NCBI RefSeq assembly: GCF_024502345.1 | Contig: NZ_JALDNN010000001.1 | Direction: 5' to 3' (one strand) | Length of the DNA stretch: 64,000 nucleotides | Source: Escherichia coli | GTDB lineage: Bacteria; Pseudomonadota; Gammaproteobacteria; Enterobacterales; Enterobacteriaceae | Shown: positions 46,921 to 60,952 of the stretch, piece after piece | Position numbering within the stretch: the stretch's first letter is position 1 | How the letters are laid out: every line of letters begins with the position of its first letter | The notes under the pieces: model-generated | Database searches by the model: none | What the model was told of the DNA's origin: nothing | The model's input: only the letters and a program-made list of their open reading frames with translations | Program-made: the position numbers and the translations under genes

Positions 46921-48233
46921 CCTAACTCCTTCGCCAGACGGGCAAACTCATTGCCTCGTTGTTCAAAGTTCTTGAACTGATCAAGGCTGGCACAGGCCGG
47001 GGAGAGCAGAACCATATCGCCCGGCTGAACACGCGGAGCCAGCAAGCGCATCGCCTGTTCCATAGTTTCGGTTTGTTCTGCCACTTCCGGGCGTAGCGCC
47101 GCCAGCTGCGCACCGTCACGACCAAAACAGTACAAACGCACGTTGTCGCCATTCAGATAGCGCGCCAGTGGACTGAAGTCCGCCGATTTACCATCGCCGC
47201 CCAGCAACAAATGCAGCGTGCCGTCTACCTGCAAGCCATTCAACGCCGCTTCCGTACTGCCGACGTTAGTGGCTTTCGAATCGTTAATCCAGCGTACGCC
47301 ATTGTGCTCCAGCACCACTTCAAAGCGATGCGGCAGACCGGTGAAGGTGGTTAACGCTTTCAGGCTGCTGGCGCGCGGCAAACCAGCTGCGTCTGCCAGT
47401 GCCAGTGCTGCCAGCGCATTGGTGTAGTTATGCTGCCCGGAAAGTTTCATCTCTTTCACGTTCAGCACTTTCTCGCCTTTCACTCGCAGCCAGGTTTCTC
47501 CCTGCTGATGATTCAGGTGATAGTCACCCATGTTGACGCCAAAGCTGACGCAGCGTTCATCCGCACCGCGAATCGGCATTGTTAAGGCATCATCAGCATT
47601 AACCACGCAAACTTTCGCGTTTTCGTAAATGCGCAGTTTTGCTGCACGATACTGTTGTAAACCAAACGGATAGCGATCCATATGATCTTCAGTCACGTTC
47701 AGAATGGTCGCTGCTACCGCCTGTAAGCTGGAGGTGGTTTCCAGCTGGAAGCTCGACAGTTCCAGCACGTACAGTTCGCACTCAGCATCAAGCAGCATCA
47801 ACGCTGGCAGGCCAATATTGCCACCCACACCAACGTTAACCCCCGCCGCTTTCGCCATTTCACCCACTAGCGTGGTGACCGTGCTTTTGCCGTTAGAACC
47901 GGTAATCGCCACAATCGGTGCTTGTGCTTCGCGGCAGAACAGCTCGATATCGCCAACGATTTCGATTCCGGCATCAGCGGCAGCGCTTAAGGATGGATGC
48001 GCCAGTGCAATACCGGGACTGGCGACAATCAGATCTGCCGCCATCAGCCATTCATCATTCAGACTGCCCGTGTGGCGTTCTACGGCTTCGGGTAATTTAT
48101 CCAGGCCAGGCGGTGTCATACGCGTATCCATAACGCGCGGCGTCACACCGCGAGCGAGGAAAAAGTCCACGCAGGAAAGCCCGGTGAGGCCCAGGCCGAT
48201 AATGATGACATTTTTACCCTGATAATCAGCCAT
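46917..48233 (-). CDS. murD: UDP-N-acetylmuramoylalanine--D-glutamate ligase
   Basis: 438-aa ORF. Confidence 0.95.
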
Positions 48234-48235
48234 GA

Positions 48236-49318
48236 TTAACGTACCTTCAGCGTTGCCAGACCAATCAGAACCAGCATCAGCGAAATAATCCAGAAACGCA
48301 CAATGACGCGCGGTTCCGGCCAGCCTTTCAGTTCATAGTGGTGATGAATCGGTGCCATGCGGAAAATACGTTGTCCGCGCAGTTTAAAGGAGCCGACCTG
48401 CAGGATGACAGAAAGCGTTTCTACCACGAACACGCCCCCCATAATCACCAGCAGGAATTCCTGACGTAGCAGTACGGCGATAATGCCTAACGCACCACCT
48501 AACGCCAGCGAACCTACATCGCCCATAAAGACCTGCGCCGGATAGGTGTTAAACCACAGGAAGCCCAGTCCTGCCCCGACTATCGCCGTGCAGACAATGA
48601 CCAGTTCCCCTGCGTGTCGCAGATATGGTATATGCAAGTAGCTGGCAAAGTTCATATTGCCGGTCGCCCACGCCACCAGCGCAAAACCACCGGCGACAAA
48701 TACGGTCGGCATAATTGCCAGGCCGTCGAGACCATCGGTCAGGTTTACCGCGTTGCCAGTACCCACAATGACGAAGTAAGCCAGCAGAATGTAGAACAGC
48801 CCCAGCTGCGGCATCACATCTTTAAAGAATGGGACCACCAGCTGCGTTGCGGGCGTGTCTTTGCCGGCAAGGTACAGGGCGAAGGCGACACCCAGCGCAA
48901 TGACCGACATCCAGAAATACTTCCAACGAGCGATCAACCCTTTGGTGTCTTTACGCACCACTTTGCGATAATCATCAACAAAGCCAATAACACCGTAACC
49001 TACCAGCACCACCAACACGCACCAGACGTACGGATTGGACGGGTAAGCCCACAGCAGTACGGAGATCACAATCGCCGTCAGGATCATAATCCCGCCCATG
49101 GTCGGCGTACCGCGCTTGCTGAAGTGTGATTCAGGACCGTCGTTACGCACCACCTGACCAAAGGAAAGTTTTTGCAAATGAGCAATCATACGCGGGCCCA
49201 TCCACAATGAGATGAACAGCGCGGTCAGCAGGCTGACGATGGCGCGAAACGTCAGATAGGAAAAGACGTTAAAGCCGGAATAATATTTGACCAAATGTTC
49301 GGCCAGCCAAACTAACAT
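48236..49318 (-). CDS. mraY: Phospho-N-acetylmuramoyl-pentapeptide transferase
   Basis: 360-aa polytopic ORF. Confidence 0.95.
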
Positions 49319-50670
49319 GTCCCATTCTCCTGTAAAGCGCGTACTACCTCTTCCATGGCGGCACTACGTGAACCCTTAACTAAAATCGTAATTACCTGTT
49401 GCTCAGCAATCAGTGATTTAAGACGCGTAATTAACGCAGTTTTATCAGCAAAATGTTCGCCAACGCCGCTGGCGGTGCTGATAGCATGGCTTTGTTTACC
49501 CACGCTTAACACGCGGTCAATACCAGCAGCTTTTGCCGCCTCGCCCACCTGTACATGGCAGGCTTCGCTTTCAGCGCCCAGTTCCGCCATATCGCCCACC
49601 ACCAGCACGCGGTAGCCCGGCATTTCAGCCAGTACCTGGACTGCTGCAGTCATTGAACCGACATTGGCGTTGTAGGAGTCGTCGAGCAGCAACTGGTTTT
49701 CTGCCAGTTGGATGGGGAACAGACGGCCTGGAACAGCTTTCAGATTTGCCAGCCCCGCTTTGATAGCATCAAGCGTTGCGCCCACGGACATGGAGAGCGC
49801 AGCGGCTGCCAGCGCATTCGCAATATTGTGACGCCCCGGCAACGGCAGCAGAACATCGACGCTACCGGTTGGGGTTTGTAGGGTAAATTCCGTACCGTGC
49901 GAGGTCACATGGATATTGGTGGCGGTGAAATCGCTGTTGGCGGCATTGGGTGAGAAACGCCACACTTTGCGTGAGCCAATTACGCTCTGCCAGTTCAGCC
50001 AGTCGTTGTTGTCGGCGTTCATAATGGCGATACCGTTTTCCGGCAGGCCGCTAAAGATTTCACCTTTCGCTTTCGCGACACCCGCAAGCGAGCCAAAACC
50101 TTCCAGATGCGCCGCTGCCAGGTTGTTGACCAGCGCAGCTTCCGGGCGAGTCAGACTCACAGTCCAGGCTATTTCGCCCTGATGGTTCGCGCCAAGTTCA
50201 ATAACTGCGTAATCGTATTCCGGCGTTAAGCGCAACAACGTCATCGGTACACCGATGTCGTTGTTGAGATTGCCTGCCGTATAAAGCGTGTTGCCACACT
50301 GGCTTAAAATCGCCGCCGTCATCTCTTTAACGGAGGTTTTGCCGGAGGAACCTGTCAGAGCAACCACGCGCGCCGGAACTTGCTGGCGAACCCATGCAGC
50401 CAGTTCACCAAACGCCAGACGCGTATCCTTGACGATTAACTGCGGCAGGTCGATATCCAGCGGACGGCTGACCAGTAGTGCGCCCGCGCCGCCAGCTTTC
50501 GCCTGGTCGGCAAAATCGTGGGCATCAAAACGTTCGCCTTTCAGGGCAACAAACAGGCAGCCCGGCGTCAGTTTTCGGGTATCAGTGGTTACAGCATCAA
50601 GGGTGATATCTGCACCTTGCAGTTCACCGTTGAGAATGTCGGTAAGTTGGCTAAGGGTTACGCTAATCAT
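49312..50670 (-). CDS. murF: UDP-MurNAc-tripeptide--D-alanyl-D-alanine ligase
   Basis: 452-aa ORF. Confidence 0.95.
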
Positions 50671-52154
50671 GCAATCACCCCCAGCAGACGCGCCACCGTG
50701 ACGCGATCGGAGTAGTCCAGACGCTGATTGCCAACAATCTGGTAATCTTCATGGCCTTTGCCCGCGACCAGCACCACATCGTTCTCTTTAGCCTGCATAA
50801 CGGCGCAAGTCACCGCTTCAGCACGGCCTTCCATCACTTTGGCATGTCCGGCATCTAACATTCCCGCCAGAATATCGTTGATGATGGCACGCGGTTCTTC
50901 GGTACGCGGGTTATCGTCCGTCACCACCGCCACGTCAGCAAACTCTTCGGCAATTGCGCCCATCAGTGGACGCTTACCTTTATCGCGATCGCCACCACAG
51001 CCAAAGACACACCACAGCTTGCCCGCACAGTGCAGACGCGCCGCCTGTAAGGCTTTTTCCAGTGCATCCGGCGTATGCGCGTAATCCACCACCACCGTCG
51101 GTTTGCCTGGCGCAGTGAACACTTCCATACGTCCGCAAACCGGTTGCAGACGCGCGGCGGTTTTCAACAGATCAGCCAATGGATAGCCGAGTGCCAACAG
51201 TGTCGCCAGCGCAAGCAGCAGGTTGCTGACGTTAAAAGCGCCCATCAGATGGCTTTCAATTTCGCCATCGCCCCAACTTGAGCTAAAGCGAATCGTCGCA
51301 CCGCTGTCGTGATAGTTCACGTCGATCGCTTTTAACCAGCGTCCGTGACAGTTCGGATTGATATGCTCTTCCATTGATACCGCAACCGCGTCCGGCAGTT
51401 TTGCCAGCCAGCGGCGACCCACTTCATCGTCGGCGTTAATAATCGCCTGACCGCAATGATGCTCAGAATAAAGCAGCCATTTCGCAGCTTCGTAGTGTTC
51501 CATATCACCATGATAATCAAGGTGATCGCGGCTTAAGTTGGTAAAGACCGACGCCGCAAATTTCAATGCCGCCACACGGTGCTGTACCAGCCCGTGGGAG
51601 GAAACTTCCATTGCGCAAAAAGTCGCGCCCTGATCCACCAGCCCCGCCAGCTCATGCTGAACATCGACTGCGGAACCGGTAGTATTTTCTGTCGGGATCA
51701 CTTTCCCAAGCAGACCGTTACCAACGGTGCCCATTACCGCGCTGGTTTCGCCAAGCAGTTGGCTCCACTGCGCCAACAGCTGGGTAGTCGTGGTTTTGCC
51801 GTTGGTGCCCGTTACGCCCACGAGACGTAAATTGTCAGAGGGTTCATGGTAAAAGCGGCCCGCCAGTGCAGATAAACGCTCGTTGAGCTGGCTGAGATAG
51901 ATGACCGGTACGCCGTGCATTTCACGGATTTCACCATCGGTCGCCTCATCTTTCGCCTCTGCAATAATGGCAGCCACACCTTGCGCTATCGCCTGCGGGA
52001 TATATCGACGCCCGTCCGCCTGATGACCTACTACAGCTACAAAGAGATCGCCCGCCGCAGCCACACGGCTGTCGAGTGTCATCTCTCGCAGTGCTCGCGA
52101 AGGTGCGTCTGGCACCCACGGAGCAAGAAGGTCGCGCAAATTACGATCTGCCAC
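50667..52154 (-). CDS. murE: UDP-MurNAc-L-Ala-D-Glu--meso-DAP ligase
   Basis: 495-aa ORF. Confidence 0.95.
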
Positions 52155-53907
52155 CTGTCCCCTCGCCTTGATTAATCACAAATTCATTTTTATCGCCCGT
52201 TGTCAGCGCATCCGGCTCGATGTTCATGGTACGCAATACGCCGCCCATGATGGCACCAAAGACCGGCGCGGAAACGGCGCCGCCGTAGTATTTACCCGCC
52301 TGCGGATCGTTGATAACAACAACCAGCGCGAAGCGCGGCTGACTCGCAGGCGCAACGCCTGCGGTATAAGCAATATATTTATTGATGTAGCGACCGTCCG
52401 GCCCGACCTTTTTCGCGGTACCGGTTTTAATGGCGATACGATAGCCTTTAATCGCCGCCTTCACGCCGCCGCCGCCCGGCAGCGCCACGCTTTCCATCAT
52501 ATGCACCACAGTGCGGACAATGGATTCCGGGAAGACACGTTCACCGGGAACCGGGGGGTCAACTTTGGTAATCGACAGCGGGCGATAAATGCCGTAGCTG
52601 CCGATAGTTGCGTAGACTCGCGCTAACTGTAACGGTGTTACCATTAGCCCGTAGCCGAAAGAGAAGGTGGCCCTCTCTATGTCAGACCACCGTTGTTTTT
52701 GAGGATATAAGCCACTGCGTTCTCCGACCAACCCCAAATTGGTCGCTTTTCCCAGTCCAAAACGTGAGTAAGTATCTACTAACGCTGAGGACGGCATCGC
52801 TAACGCCAGCTTGGAAACACCGACGTTACTCGACTTCTGTAATACCCCGGTCAGGGTTAATTCGCTGTAGCGTGCCACGTCTTTGATTTCGTGGCCGTTA
52901 ATTCGATAAGGAATGGTATTGAGTACCGAGTTTTCCCGCACCACGCCACGTTGCAACGCGGTCATCACCACCATCGGTTTAACCGTTGAACCCGGTTCAA
53001 ACACGTCGGTGATGGTACGGTTACGCATCGCCTCTTTCGGCGTGCCGCTCAGATTGTTAGGGTTGTATGACGGGCTGTTAGCCATCGCCAGCACTTCACC
53101 GGTGTTGACATCCACCAGCACGGCGCTACCAGATTCAGCCTTGTTAAAGGCCACCGCGTTGTTCAGTTCGCGATAAACCAGCGCCTGCAGGCGTTCATCA
53201 ATACTCAGCGCCAGGTTGTGCGCAGCCTGGCTGTCAGTAGAAGAAATATCTTCAATTACGCGACCATAGCGGTCTTTACGCACAATGCGCTCACCCGGCT
53301 GCCCGGTAAGCCATTTATCGAAACTCTTCTCGACGCCCTCAATCCCCTGACTATCGACGTTAGTAAAGCCGATGAGGTGAGCAGTCACTTCGCCGGATGG
53401 ATAATAACGGCGAGATTCTTCACGCAGATGAATCCCCGGCAGTTTCAGTTTTTTGATGTAGTCCGCCATGTCAGGGTTTACCTGACGCGCCAGATAAATA
53501 AAGCGTCCTTTCGGGTTGGCGTTAATGCGGGCAGAAAGCTGATCCAGCGGAATATTGAGCGCATTAGCCAGCGCCTTCCAGCGGTCACCGACGCTGATAC
53601 CGCCAGCGTCATGCACTTCTTTCGGGTCAGCCCAAATCGCTTTTACCGGCACGCTCACCGCTAACGGGCGACCAGAACGGTCAGTAATCATGCCGCGGGA
53701 GGTGGAAACTTGCTGAACGCGAAGAGAACGCATGTCGCCCTCTTTCACCAGCATATCCGGGGAGATAACTTGTAACCACGCTACGCGTCCGAGCAGAAAA
53801 GCCAGCGCCAGGAGAATACAGCCGCATAACAACGCAAAACGCCAACTGATAAAGTTGGCATGTTCTTCCTGACGTTTTGGTTTCTGCGTTTTCGCCGCTG
53901 CTTTCAT
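52141..53907 (-). CDS. ftsI: Peptidoglycan D,D-transpeptidase FtsI (PBP3)
   Basis: 588-aa ORF with STVK, SSN, KTG motifs. Confidence 0.95.
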
Positions 53908-53922
53908 GCGTCGCGTTTATCC

Positions 53923-54288
53923 TTATTTTTGCACTACGATATTTTCTTGTGACGGATCAACATGCTGCATTTGCAGCTTTTCCGTGGCGATCCTTTCCAC
54001 CCGGCTATGGTCGCCGAGCGCATTCTCTTCAAGGATCAGGTTGCGCCATTCAATGTCTAAAGCATCTCGCTCCAGCACCAGTTGTTCGCGCTGAGCGGTC
54101 AGTAAACGGGTATGGTGCGCCGTGGTTACCACGGTCACCGCCGTCAAAATAATGCAAATGAACAGGCAGAGTGGCAGCTTCCCAAATCGCAAAAGATCGT
54201 CACCGATAACACCAGGCAATGCATGGCGCTCGTGGCTTCCCATCGATCCTTTAACTTTGCTTAGAGCTTCTGTCACTCTGCTGATCAT
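53923..54288 (-). CDS. ftsL: Cell division protein FtsL
   Basis: 121-aa single-TM ORF between rsmH and ftsI. Confidence 0.9.
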
Positions 54289-55226
54289 GCGTTCGTCCTC
54301 TCTGCAATACGCAGAACTGAACTACGGGCACGAGGATTCTCAGCCACCTCTTCTTCGCCCGGCATTAACTTGCCTAGTGCTCGCAGCTGACGGCCACCCA
54401 GTTTATTGAGCTGCTCTTCAGTCATCGGTAACCCTGCCGGAACTTGCGGACCGCGGCTGTTTTCACGCATAAAACGTTTCACAATACGGTCTTCCAGCGA
54501 GTGGAAGCTGATGATCGAAAGCCGCCCACCCGGGGCCAGCACGTTGAGCGAACTTTTTAGCGCCTGCTCTATCTCCTCCAGTTCACTGTTTACCCAAATG
54601 CGCACCGCCTGGAAGGTACGGGTCGCGGGATGTTTAAACTTATCTTTCACCGGCGTTGCAGCAGCCACGACTTCCGCCAGTTCTTTGGTGCGGGTCATCG
54701 GCTGTTCGCGGTTACGCTCGACAATGGCGCGGGCAATGCGTTTGGCAAAACGCTCTTCACCATAGGTTTTCAATACCCAGGCGATATCGGCTTCTTCTGC
54801 GGTTTGTAGCCATTCAGCGGCTGACTGCCCACGGGTTGGGTCCATACGCATGTCCAGCGGACCATCGCGCATAAAGGAAAAGCCGCGTTCAGCATCATCA
54901 AGTTGCGGTGAAGAGACACCAAGATCGAGGAGAATGCCGTCGATCTTGCCGATAAGATCGCGCTCGGCAACGTATTCGCCCAGCGCGGAAAAAGGTCCGT
55001 GGATGATGGAGAAGCGCGGATCATCAATAGTCTTCGCAACGGCGATAGCCTGCGGGTCGCGATCGATCGCCAGCAAACGCCCCTCTTCGCCAAGCTGCGA
55101 GAGGATCAGACGTGAGTGACCACCGCGACCAAAAGTCCCATCAATGTAGATGCCATCAGGACGGATATTGAGGCCATTAACGGCTTCATCCAGCAGCACC
55201 GTAGTATGTTTATAGTTTTCCATCAT
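54285..55226 (-). CDS. rsmH: 16S rRNA m4C1402 methyltransferase RsmH (MraW)
   Basis: ORF 54285..55355 trimmed to [16 protein letters not shown] (313 aa). Confidence 0.9.
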
Positions 55227-55227
55227 T

Positions 55228-55686
55228 TTATAGAGACAAGTCCTGCAGTCGCTCCGATAAGTCTCCGGTAGCCAACTGCTCTGCGTCGATATCTTCCTTG
55301 ACCTGTTGATGCCAGGTTGTTTCATCCCACAGCTCAAACTTGTTGAACTGTCCAACCAGCATCACTTCTTTTGTCAGCCCGGCATGTTGCCGCAGTACTG
55401 GCGCGATTAACAATCGACCTGCGCCATCCATCTGACATTCGCTGGCATGACCTAACAGTAGGCGCTGCACACGGCGCTCAACCGGGTTCATGCTCGACAG
55501 ACGCGATAATTTTTGCTCGATAATTTCCCATTCAGGCAGGGGGTAAAGCAGCAGGCACGGGTGATGAATGTCAATGGTGCAAACCATTTGACCGGCAGCG
55601 TTCTCAAGCAGCTGTTCCCGATAACGGGTAGGCACTGATAAGCGCCCTTTGCTGTCGAGATTGACTAACGTTGCTCCCCGGAACAT
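55228..55686 (-). CDS. mraZ: Transcriptional regulator MraZ
   Basis: ORF 55228..55722 trimmed to [19 protein letters not shown] (152 aa). Confidence 0.9.
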
Positions 55687-55700
55687 GCCAGCCTCACCCC

Positions 55701-55730
55701 TTATTCCCACTTTGCCCCACAATTTCCCAC
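55701..55730 (-). promoter_or_regulatory. MraZ operator: three direct GTGGG repeats at 10-bp spacing upstream of mraZ
   Basis: Minus strand reads GTGGGAAATT GTGGGGCAAA GTGGGAATAA immediately 5' of mraZ ATG. Confidence 0.55.
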
Positions 55731-56287
55731 TGAAAGGAGTTTACGGAGCGGAGGAAAAGCTTGTCAAGCCAGTCACAAGGCATACCGAGGTAAAAAACCC
55801 GATGTTTACGGCTAATATCAGCGTTGTTTATTTTACGTCCAACGTGCGAAGCAAATTAACGTTATGAATAGCTGTAAGAAAAAATCCCTCATCGTCATCA
55901 CCGTTTTAAAATGACTCACTATTTTCCACAGCAAATATAAAGTGTCAGTTTGCGACGCGAGCGGCATTTTAGGACATATCTTCCCCGGTTAACAGTCCCT
56001 GTTGCGTCTGTGTGGCGCTTGATGCCAGCGGGTTTGCGCAAAAGCAAAGAAAAGTGTTTGTTAAATCGGCAATTCATCGCCGCATGTAACAAAATAATGC
56101 AAAAACGCGCTGTCGATATCACTTAATTATTGTGAATTTCAGTTGGAGAGTTAATTAACGGGCGGGTTTAAAAGCATTTATCAATAATAGTCAGGAATAG
56201 TCTTATTTACTTTAAGGATATTGATGTCCAGTCCCGTACTCTACGCACCAGAGTGAAATTCACCTGGCGCGTATTTTTGTTCGCAGC

Positions 56288-57292
56288 TTAGCTACGGCTG
56301 AGCACGCCGCGGCGATAGAGATTACGTTTAATGCGCGTTAAACCAGGTTTTGGCTTACGCGGTTCGTCCAGACTTGCCAGGACAATCTCCAGCACACGCT
56401 CTGCGACATCGCGGTGACGTTGAGCCACTGCCAGCACCGGGCACTGTAAGAAGTCGAGCAGTTCATTATCGCCAAAGGTGGCAATTGCCAGGTCAGAAGG
56501 CAGTTTGCCGTCGCGACGCAGCGTGACATCCATTACTCCTTGCAACAACGCAAACGACGTTGTGAACAGCGCCTGCGGCATCGGATGCGTTTCCAGCCAT
56601 TTTTCGAATAACTGGGCAGCCGCCTCCCGCTCATAGCTGTTGGCATACAGGAAATGCACTTCGCGCGGATCATCTTTCCAGGCAGTACGGAAACCTTGTT
56701 CACGCAGGAAGCTGACAGAAAGCTCCGGCAGCGCGCCAAGATAAAGCACCGTCTCGGCGGGAAACTTACGTAACTCTTCCGCCAGCATTTCGGCATCATC
56801 CTGATCGGCACCAACCACGCTGGTAAAGTGTTCACGATCGAGGGCGCGGTCAAGCGCGACAATCGGGAACGGGTCGTTAGCCCAGCGTTGATAAAAAGGA
56901 TGCTCAGGAGGCAACGACGTCGAAACAATAATGGCATCGACCTGACGCTGTAAAAGGTGCTCAATACAGCGCATTTCGTTGTCTGGCTGATCTTCTGAGC
57001 AGGCAATCAGCAGTTGATAACCCCGTTGCCGCGCCTGGCGTTCAAGATAGTTAGCGATGCGGGTATAGCTGGTGTTCTCCAGATCGGGGATCACAAGACC
57101 AATAGAACGTGTGCGTCCAGCACGAAGCCCAGCTGCCACGGCGTTCGGGTGGTAATTGTGCTCACGCACCACAGCCATGACTTTTTCAACGGTTTTGTCG
57201 CTCACACGGTATTGCTTCGCTTTGCCGTTAATAACATAGCTTGCAGTGGTCCGCGACACTCCCGCCAGCCGAGCGATTTCATCCAGTTTCAC
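56288..57292 (-). CDS. cra: Catabolite repressor/activator Cra (FruR, LacI family)
   Basis: 334-aa ORF; N-terminal [25 protein letters not shown]. Confidence 0.95.
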   Translation of the reverse strand: MKLDEIARLAGVSRTTASYVINGKAKQYRVSDKTVEKVMAVVREHNYHPNAVAAGLRAGRTRSIGLVIPDLENTSYTRIANYLERQARQRGYQLLIACSEDQPDNEMRCIEHLLQRQVDAIIVSTSLPPEHPFYQRWANDPFPIVALDRALDREHFTSVVGADQDDAEMLAEELRKFPAETVLYLGALPELSVSFLREQGFRTAWKDDPREVHFLYANSYEREAAAQLFEKWLETHPMPQALFTTSFALLQGVMDVTLRRDGKLPSDLAIATFGDNELLDFLQCPVLAVAQRHRDVAERVLEIVLASLDEPRKPKPGLTRIKRNLYRRGVLSRS

Positions 57293-57471
57293 AATTGCCC
57301 CTTGCGTAAAATGTAAAAACCATAGCCATTGTACTGGTATGGGTTAAATTCATTAACATCTAAGCGCAGAAAATTAACTGCGGCAACTGCTTTTATTCCA
57401 GGTTCCCACTGATTTCGCAAAAAAAGCCCAACGTGACATGTTGGGCTGTAAATTGCGCATTGAGATCATTC

Positions 57472-57963
57472 TCAACGCATTATTTTATCGCCGCGCGAAA
57501 GTCCGACCACACCAGAGCGAGCAACTTCCACAATTTTCGCCACATCGCGAATCGATGCTAAAAATGCATCAAGCTTATCGCTGGTGCCTGCTAATTGAAC
57601 GGTATAAAGCGAGGGTGTGACATCGATAATTTGCCCACGGAATATTTCCGTATTACGTTTCACTTCGTCACGCCCGTAACCGCTGGCCTGAATTTTCACC
57701 AGCATGATTTCCCGCTCAACATGCGCGCCCTGCCCCAACTCACTCACGCGCAAGACATCGACCAGCTTGTGTAATTGCTTTTCGATCTGCTCAAGTACTT
57801 TTTCATCGCCCACGGTCTGGATGGTCATACGCGATAATGTCGGATCATCGGTTGGCGCAACGGTCAGGCTTTCAATGTTGTAGCCACGCTGGGAAAAAAG
57901 GCCAATCACGCGGGATAACGCGCCTGATTCATTTTCGAGTAAGACTGATAATATCCGGCGCAT
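57472..57963 (-). CDS. ilvH: Acetolactate synthase III small (regulatory) subunit
   Basis: ORF 57472..57993 trimmed to [19 protein letters not shown] (163 aa), ACT domain. Confidence 0.9.
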
Positions 57964-57965
57964 AA

Positions 57966-59690
57966 TCAGGTTCTCTCCGTTTTGCTTAACCACATTTCAT
58001 CCATTCCGCCCCCGCGAATCTGCATCGGGTAGACGTGCTCACTGCCATCGACGGTGACATCAACAAACACCAGGCGATTATTGCGCACCAGTTCCAGCGC
58101 CTCGCTAAGTTTGCTTTCCAGCTCATGCGGATGAGAAATCTGGATCCCGACATGCCCATAGGCTTCCGCCAGACGGACGAAATCGGGTAGCGATTGCATA
58201 TAAGATTGTGAATGACGGCCGGAATAGATCATGTCCTGCCACTGCTTCACCATCCCCAGATAGCGGTTATTGAGATTCACTACCAGTACGGGCAACTCGT
58301 ATTGCAACGCGGTAGACAGTTCCTGAATGTTCATCTGAATACTGCCGTCGCCAGTGACGCAAACCACGGTTTCTTCTGGCAACGCCATTTTGACGCCCAG
58401 TGCCGCAGGTAAACCAAAACCCATCGTGCCGAGGCCACCGGAATTGATCCAGCGACGCGGTTTGTCGAATGGATAATAAAGTGCAGCAAACATCTGGTGC
58501 TGCCCGACATCGGACGTCACGTAAGCGTCCCCATTAGTCAACCGCCAAAGAGTCTCGATCACCGCCTGCGGTTTAATCTTTTCACTGTGAGTGTCATATT
58601 TCAGGCACTGACGAGCGCGCCACTGTTCAATTTGCTGCCACCAGTCGCGGATCTCATCCAGTGGTTGATGGGCGGATTCTTGCGACAAGAGTTCAAGCAT
58701 TTGTTCGAGGACCTGGCGAGCATCCCCCACAATCGGGATATCCGCAGTCACGGTTTTAGAAATGGAAGTAGGATCAATATCGATATGCAGAACAGTGGCA
58801 TTTGGGCAGTACTTTGCCAGATTGTTCGTCGTTCGGTCATCAAATCGTACCCCGACGGCGAAAATCACATCCGCGTTATGCATCGTCATATTGGCTTCGT
58901 AGGTACCGTGCATTCCCAGCATGCCCAGAGCCTGACGATGCGTTGCCGGAAACGCCCCCAGCCCCATCAATGAGGAAACAACGGGCAGATTCAACGCCTC
59001 CACCGTTTCTTTCAACTGCTGATGGCAGCCCGCCGTGATTGCCCCACCGCCTACGTAGACAACCGGTTTTTTTGCCGCTACCAGCGTTTGCAGAGCACGC
59101 TTAATTTGCCCTTTATGTCCGGTAGTAGTGGGATTGTAAGAACGCATACTGACCGACTCCGGCCAGACATAGGGTAATTTGTTCGCCGGATTAAGAATAT
59201 CTTTCGGTAAATCAACGACCACTGGTCCTGGGCGACCACTTGCCGCCAGCCAGAAAGCCTTTTTCAGCACCTGCGGAATGTCTTCCGTTTGCTTAACCAG
59301 AAAACTGTGTTTAACCACCGGTCGCGAAATCCCCACCATGTCGCACTCCTGAAAGGCATCGTAACCTATCAACGAGGTCGCTACCTGCCCGGAAAGGACA
59401 ACTAATGGAATGGAATCCATATAAGCGGTGGCGATGCCAGTAATCGCATTGGTAGCCCCTGGACCCGACGTTACCAGCACGACGCCGACTTCCCCGGTCG
59501 CGCGCGCCAGACCATCGGCCATATGCACTGCCGCCTGCTCATGACGAACTAAAACATGATCGATACCACCCACGGTATGCAATGCATCGTAAATATCAAG
59601 GACTGCGCCTCCGGGATAACCGAATACTTGTTTAACGCCCTGATCGATAAGCGATCGGACGACCATCTCGGCTCCAGACAACATCTCCAT
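57966..59690 (-). CDS. ilvI: Acetolactate synthase III large subunit
   Basis: ORF 57966..59774 trimmed to [18 protein letters not shown] (574 aa); TPP motif GDGS..N. Confidence 0.92.
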   Translation of the reverse strand: MEMLSGAEMVVRSLIDQGVKQVFGYPGGAVLDIYDALHTVGGIDHVLVRHEQAAVHMADGLARATGEVGVVLVTSGPGATNAITGIATAYMDSIPLVVLSGQVATSLIGYDAFQECDMVGISRPVVKHSFLVKQTEDIPQVLKKAFWLAASGRPGPVVVDLPKDILNPANKLPYVWPESVSMRSYNPTTTGHKGQIKRALQTLVAAKKPVVYVGGGAITAGCHQQLKETVEALNLPVVSSLMGLGAFPATHRQALGMLGMHGTYEANMTMHNADVIFAVGVRFDDRTTNNLAKYCPNATVLHIDIDPTSISKTVTADIPIVGDARQVLEQMLELLSQESAHQPLDEIRDWWQQIEQWRARQCLKYDTHSEKIKPQAVIETLWRLTNGDAYVTSDVGQHQMFAALYYPFDKPRRWINSGGLGTMGFGLPAALGVKMALPEETVVCVTGDGSIQMNIQELSTALQYELPVLVVNLNNRYLGMVKQWQDMIYSGRHSQSYMQSLPDFVRLAEAYGHVGIQISHPHELESKLSEALELVRNNRLVFVDVTVDGSEHVYPMQIRGGGMDEMWLSKTERT

Positions 59691-60007
59691 GGCCTGCCTC
59701 ACTGTTTGACGGAAAAAATGTGTAAAACACATTAACCGTCCGATCTTGCTTAAGCAATTGGCAGCCAGAGACATAAACGCCGGGTAATAAGAATAAACAG
59801 GAGGAAAGGTGAAAAGAAACGATAAAATCCTCCATTACGAAGGATAAAAATGATAATAAATCGGCTAAATCCCACCACTTACAGCAATTTCTCTATTTTT
59901 TTAATTAATCCTAAAATAGAGAGCCCACACATTCAGAATAAAATTCTACATTCAATAAAAAATGCAGAATAAACCAGACATTCATGTCTGACCTATTCTG
60001 CATTCAG

Positions 60008-60952
60008 TTAGCGTTTGCAAATTGAGACTAATTGCTCTTCCATCCACTGATGGCCTTTATCGCGCCCGGCAGCTTCATGCCAGGAGAGATAACAGGTTCT
60101 GCTATTTAGTTTTAACGGCAGCGGTAATACCTGTAATTCTAAGGATTCAGCGAACTCTTCAGCCAGCCAACGCGGCGCAATAGCGACCAAATGCGTTTGC
60201 GACACCACGCTAAGTACGCTCATCATTGCCATGCCCTGATACGCGATACTGGCTTGCTTATCTACCGTGTCATACCAAGGTTGACTAAATGACGCGAAAC
60301 GATCGAGCGAAACCGCCGCATGTTGTTCGTTATAAACATCATGTTTCAGTAACGGGCCTTTAATTGTTGGATGATTTTTGCTGGCTACCAGCACCATTTC
60401 ATCTTTAAATAATGGCACGCTGGTAAATTCAGGACGATGGAAGTCTTCATAACTAATCACAAACTCCGTTTCCTGATAACGCAGCTGATGTTCAGTGTTC
60501 TGATTTAATGAAGACTTGAACATAACATGTATATTTGGTGCAATCTGCTCAATGTGATTATAAATCTGCGAGGTCAGAATGCTGTCTAACGGGCTGCACA
60601 CGCAAAGATGAAATACACGTTCACTGCTCGCGGGTTCAAAACCTGAACCAGGCAATTCATTTTGTACTAGTTGCAATGCCTGACGAACTGAACCAAAAAG
60701 TTGAAATGCGCGAGCAGTCGGTTGAATACCACGGCCATAACGAACAAAAAGCTCGTCATTAAACATCACCTTCAGGCGTGCAACAGTGTTACTGACCGCA
60801 GGTTGCGACATTCCCAGAACATGAGCAGCACGGGTAATGTTTTGCTCCTGCATCACGGCATCGAAAACGGTTAATAAGTTGAGATCGACCATGCGTAGCT
60901 GTGGCTTGCTGAACTCCGCCGTCTCTGGATGATCTGTTTGTACCTCTGGCAT
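60008..60952 (-). CDS. leuO: LysR-family transcriptional regulator LeuO
   Basis: ORF 60008..61018 trimmed to [14 protein letters not shown] (314 aa). Confidence 0.9.
   Translation of the reverse strand: MPEVQTDHPETAEFSKPQLRMVDLNLLTVFDAVMQEQNITRAAHVLGMSQPAVSNTVARLKVMFNDELFVRYGRGIQPTARAFQLFGSVRQALQLVQNELPGSGFEPASSERVFHLCVCSPLDSILTSQIYNHIEQIAPNIHVMFKSSLNQNTEHQLRYQETEFVISYEDFHRPEFTSVPLFKDEMVLVASKNHPTIKGPLLKHDVYNEQHAAVSLDRFASFSQPWYDTVDKQASIAYQGMAMMSVLSVVSQTHLVAIAPRWLAEEFAESLELQVLPLPLKLNSRTCYLSWHEAAGRDKGHQWMEEQLVSICKR

Noticed and set aside
54285-55722. Longer N-terminal extensions suggested by the ORF track for rsmH (356 aa) and mraZ (164 aa), and similarly for acnB, lpd, pdhR, ampE, nadC, ilvI, ilvH, leuO, secM, yacL, yacC
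   Set aside because: Extensions run into upstream genes or operators and lack RBS; trimmed to the internal starts matching the conserved N-termini.
56300-57010. Cys-rich minus-strand ORFs 56338..56529 and 56533..57006 overlapping cra
   Set aside because: Out-of-frame overlaps of the cra coding region; no support.
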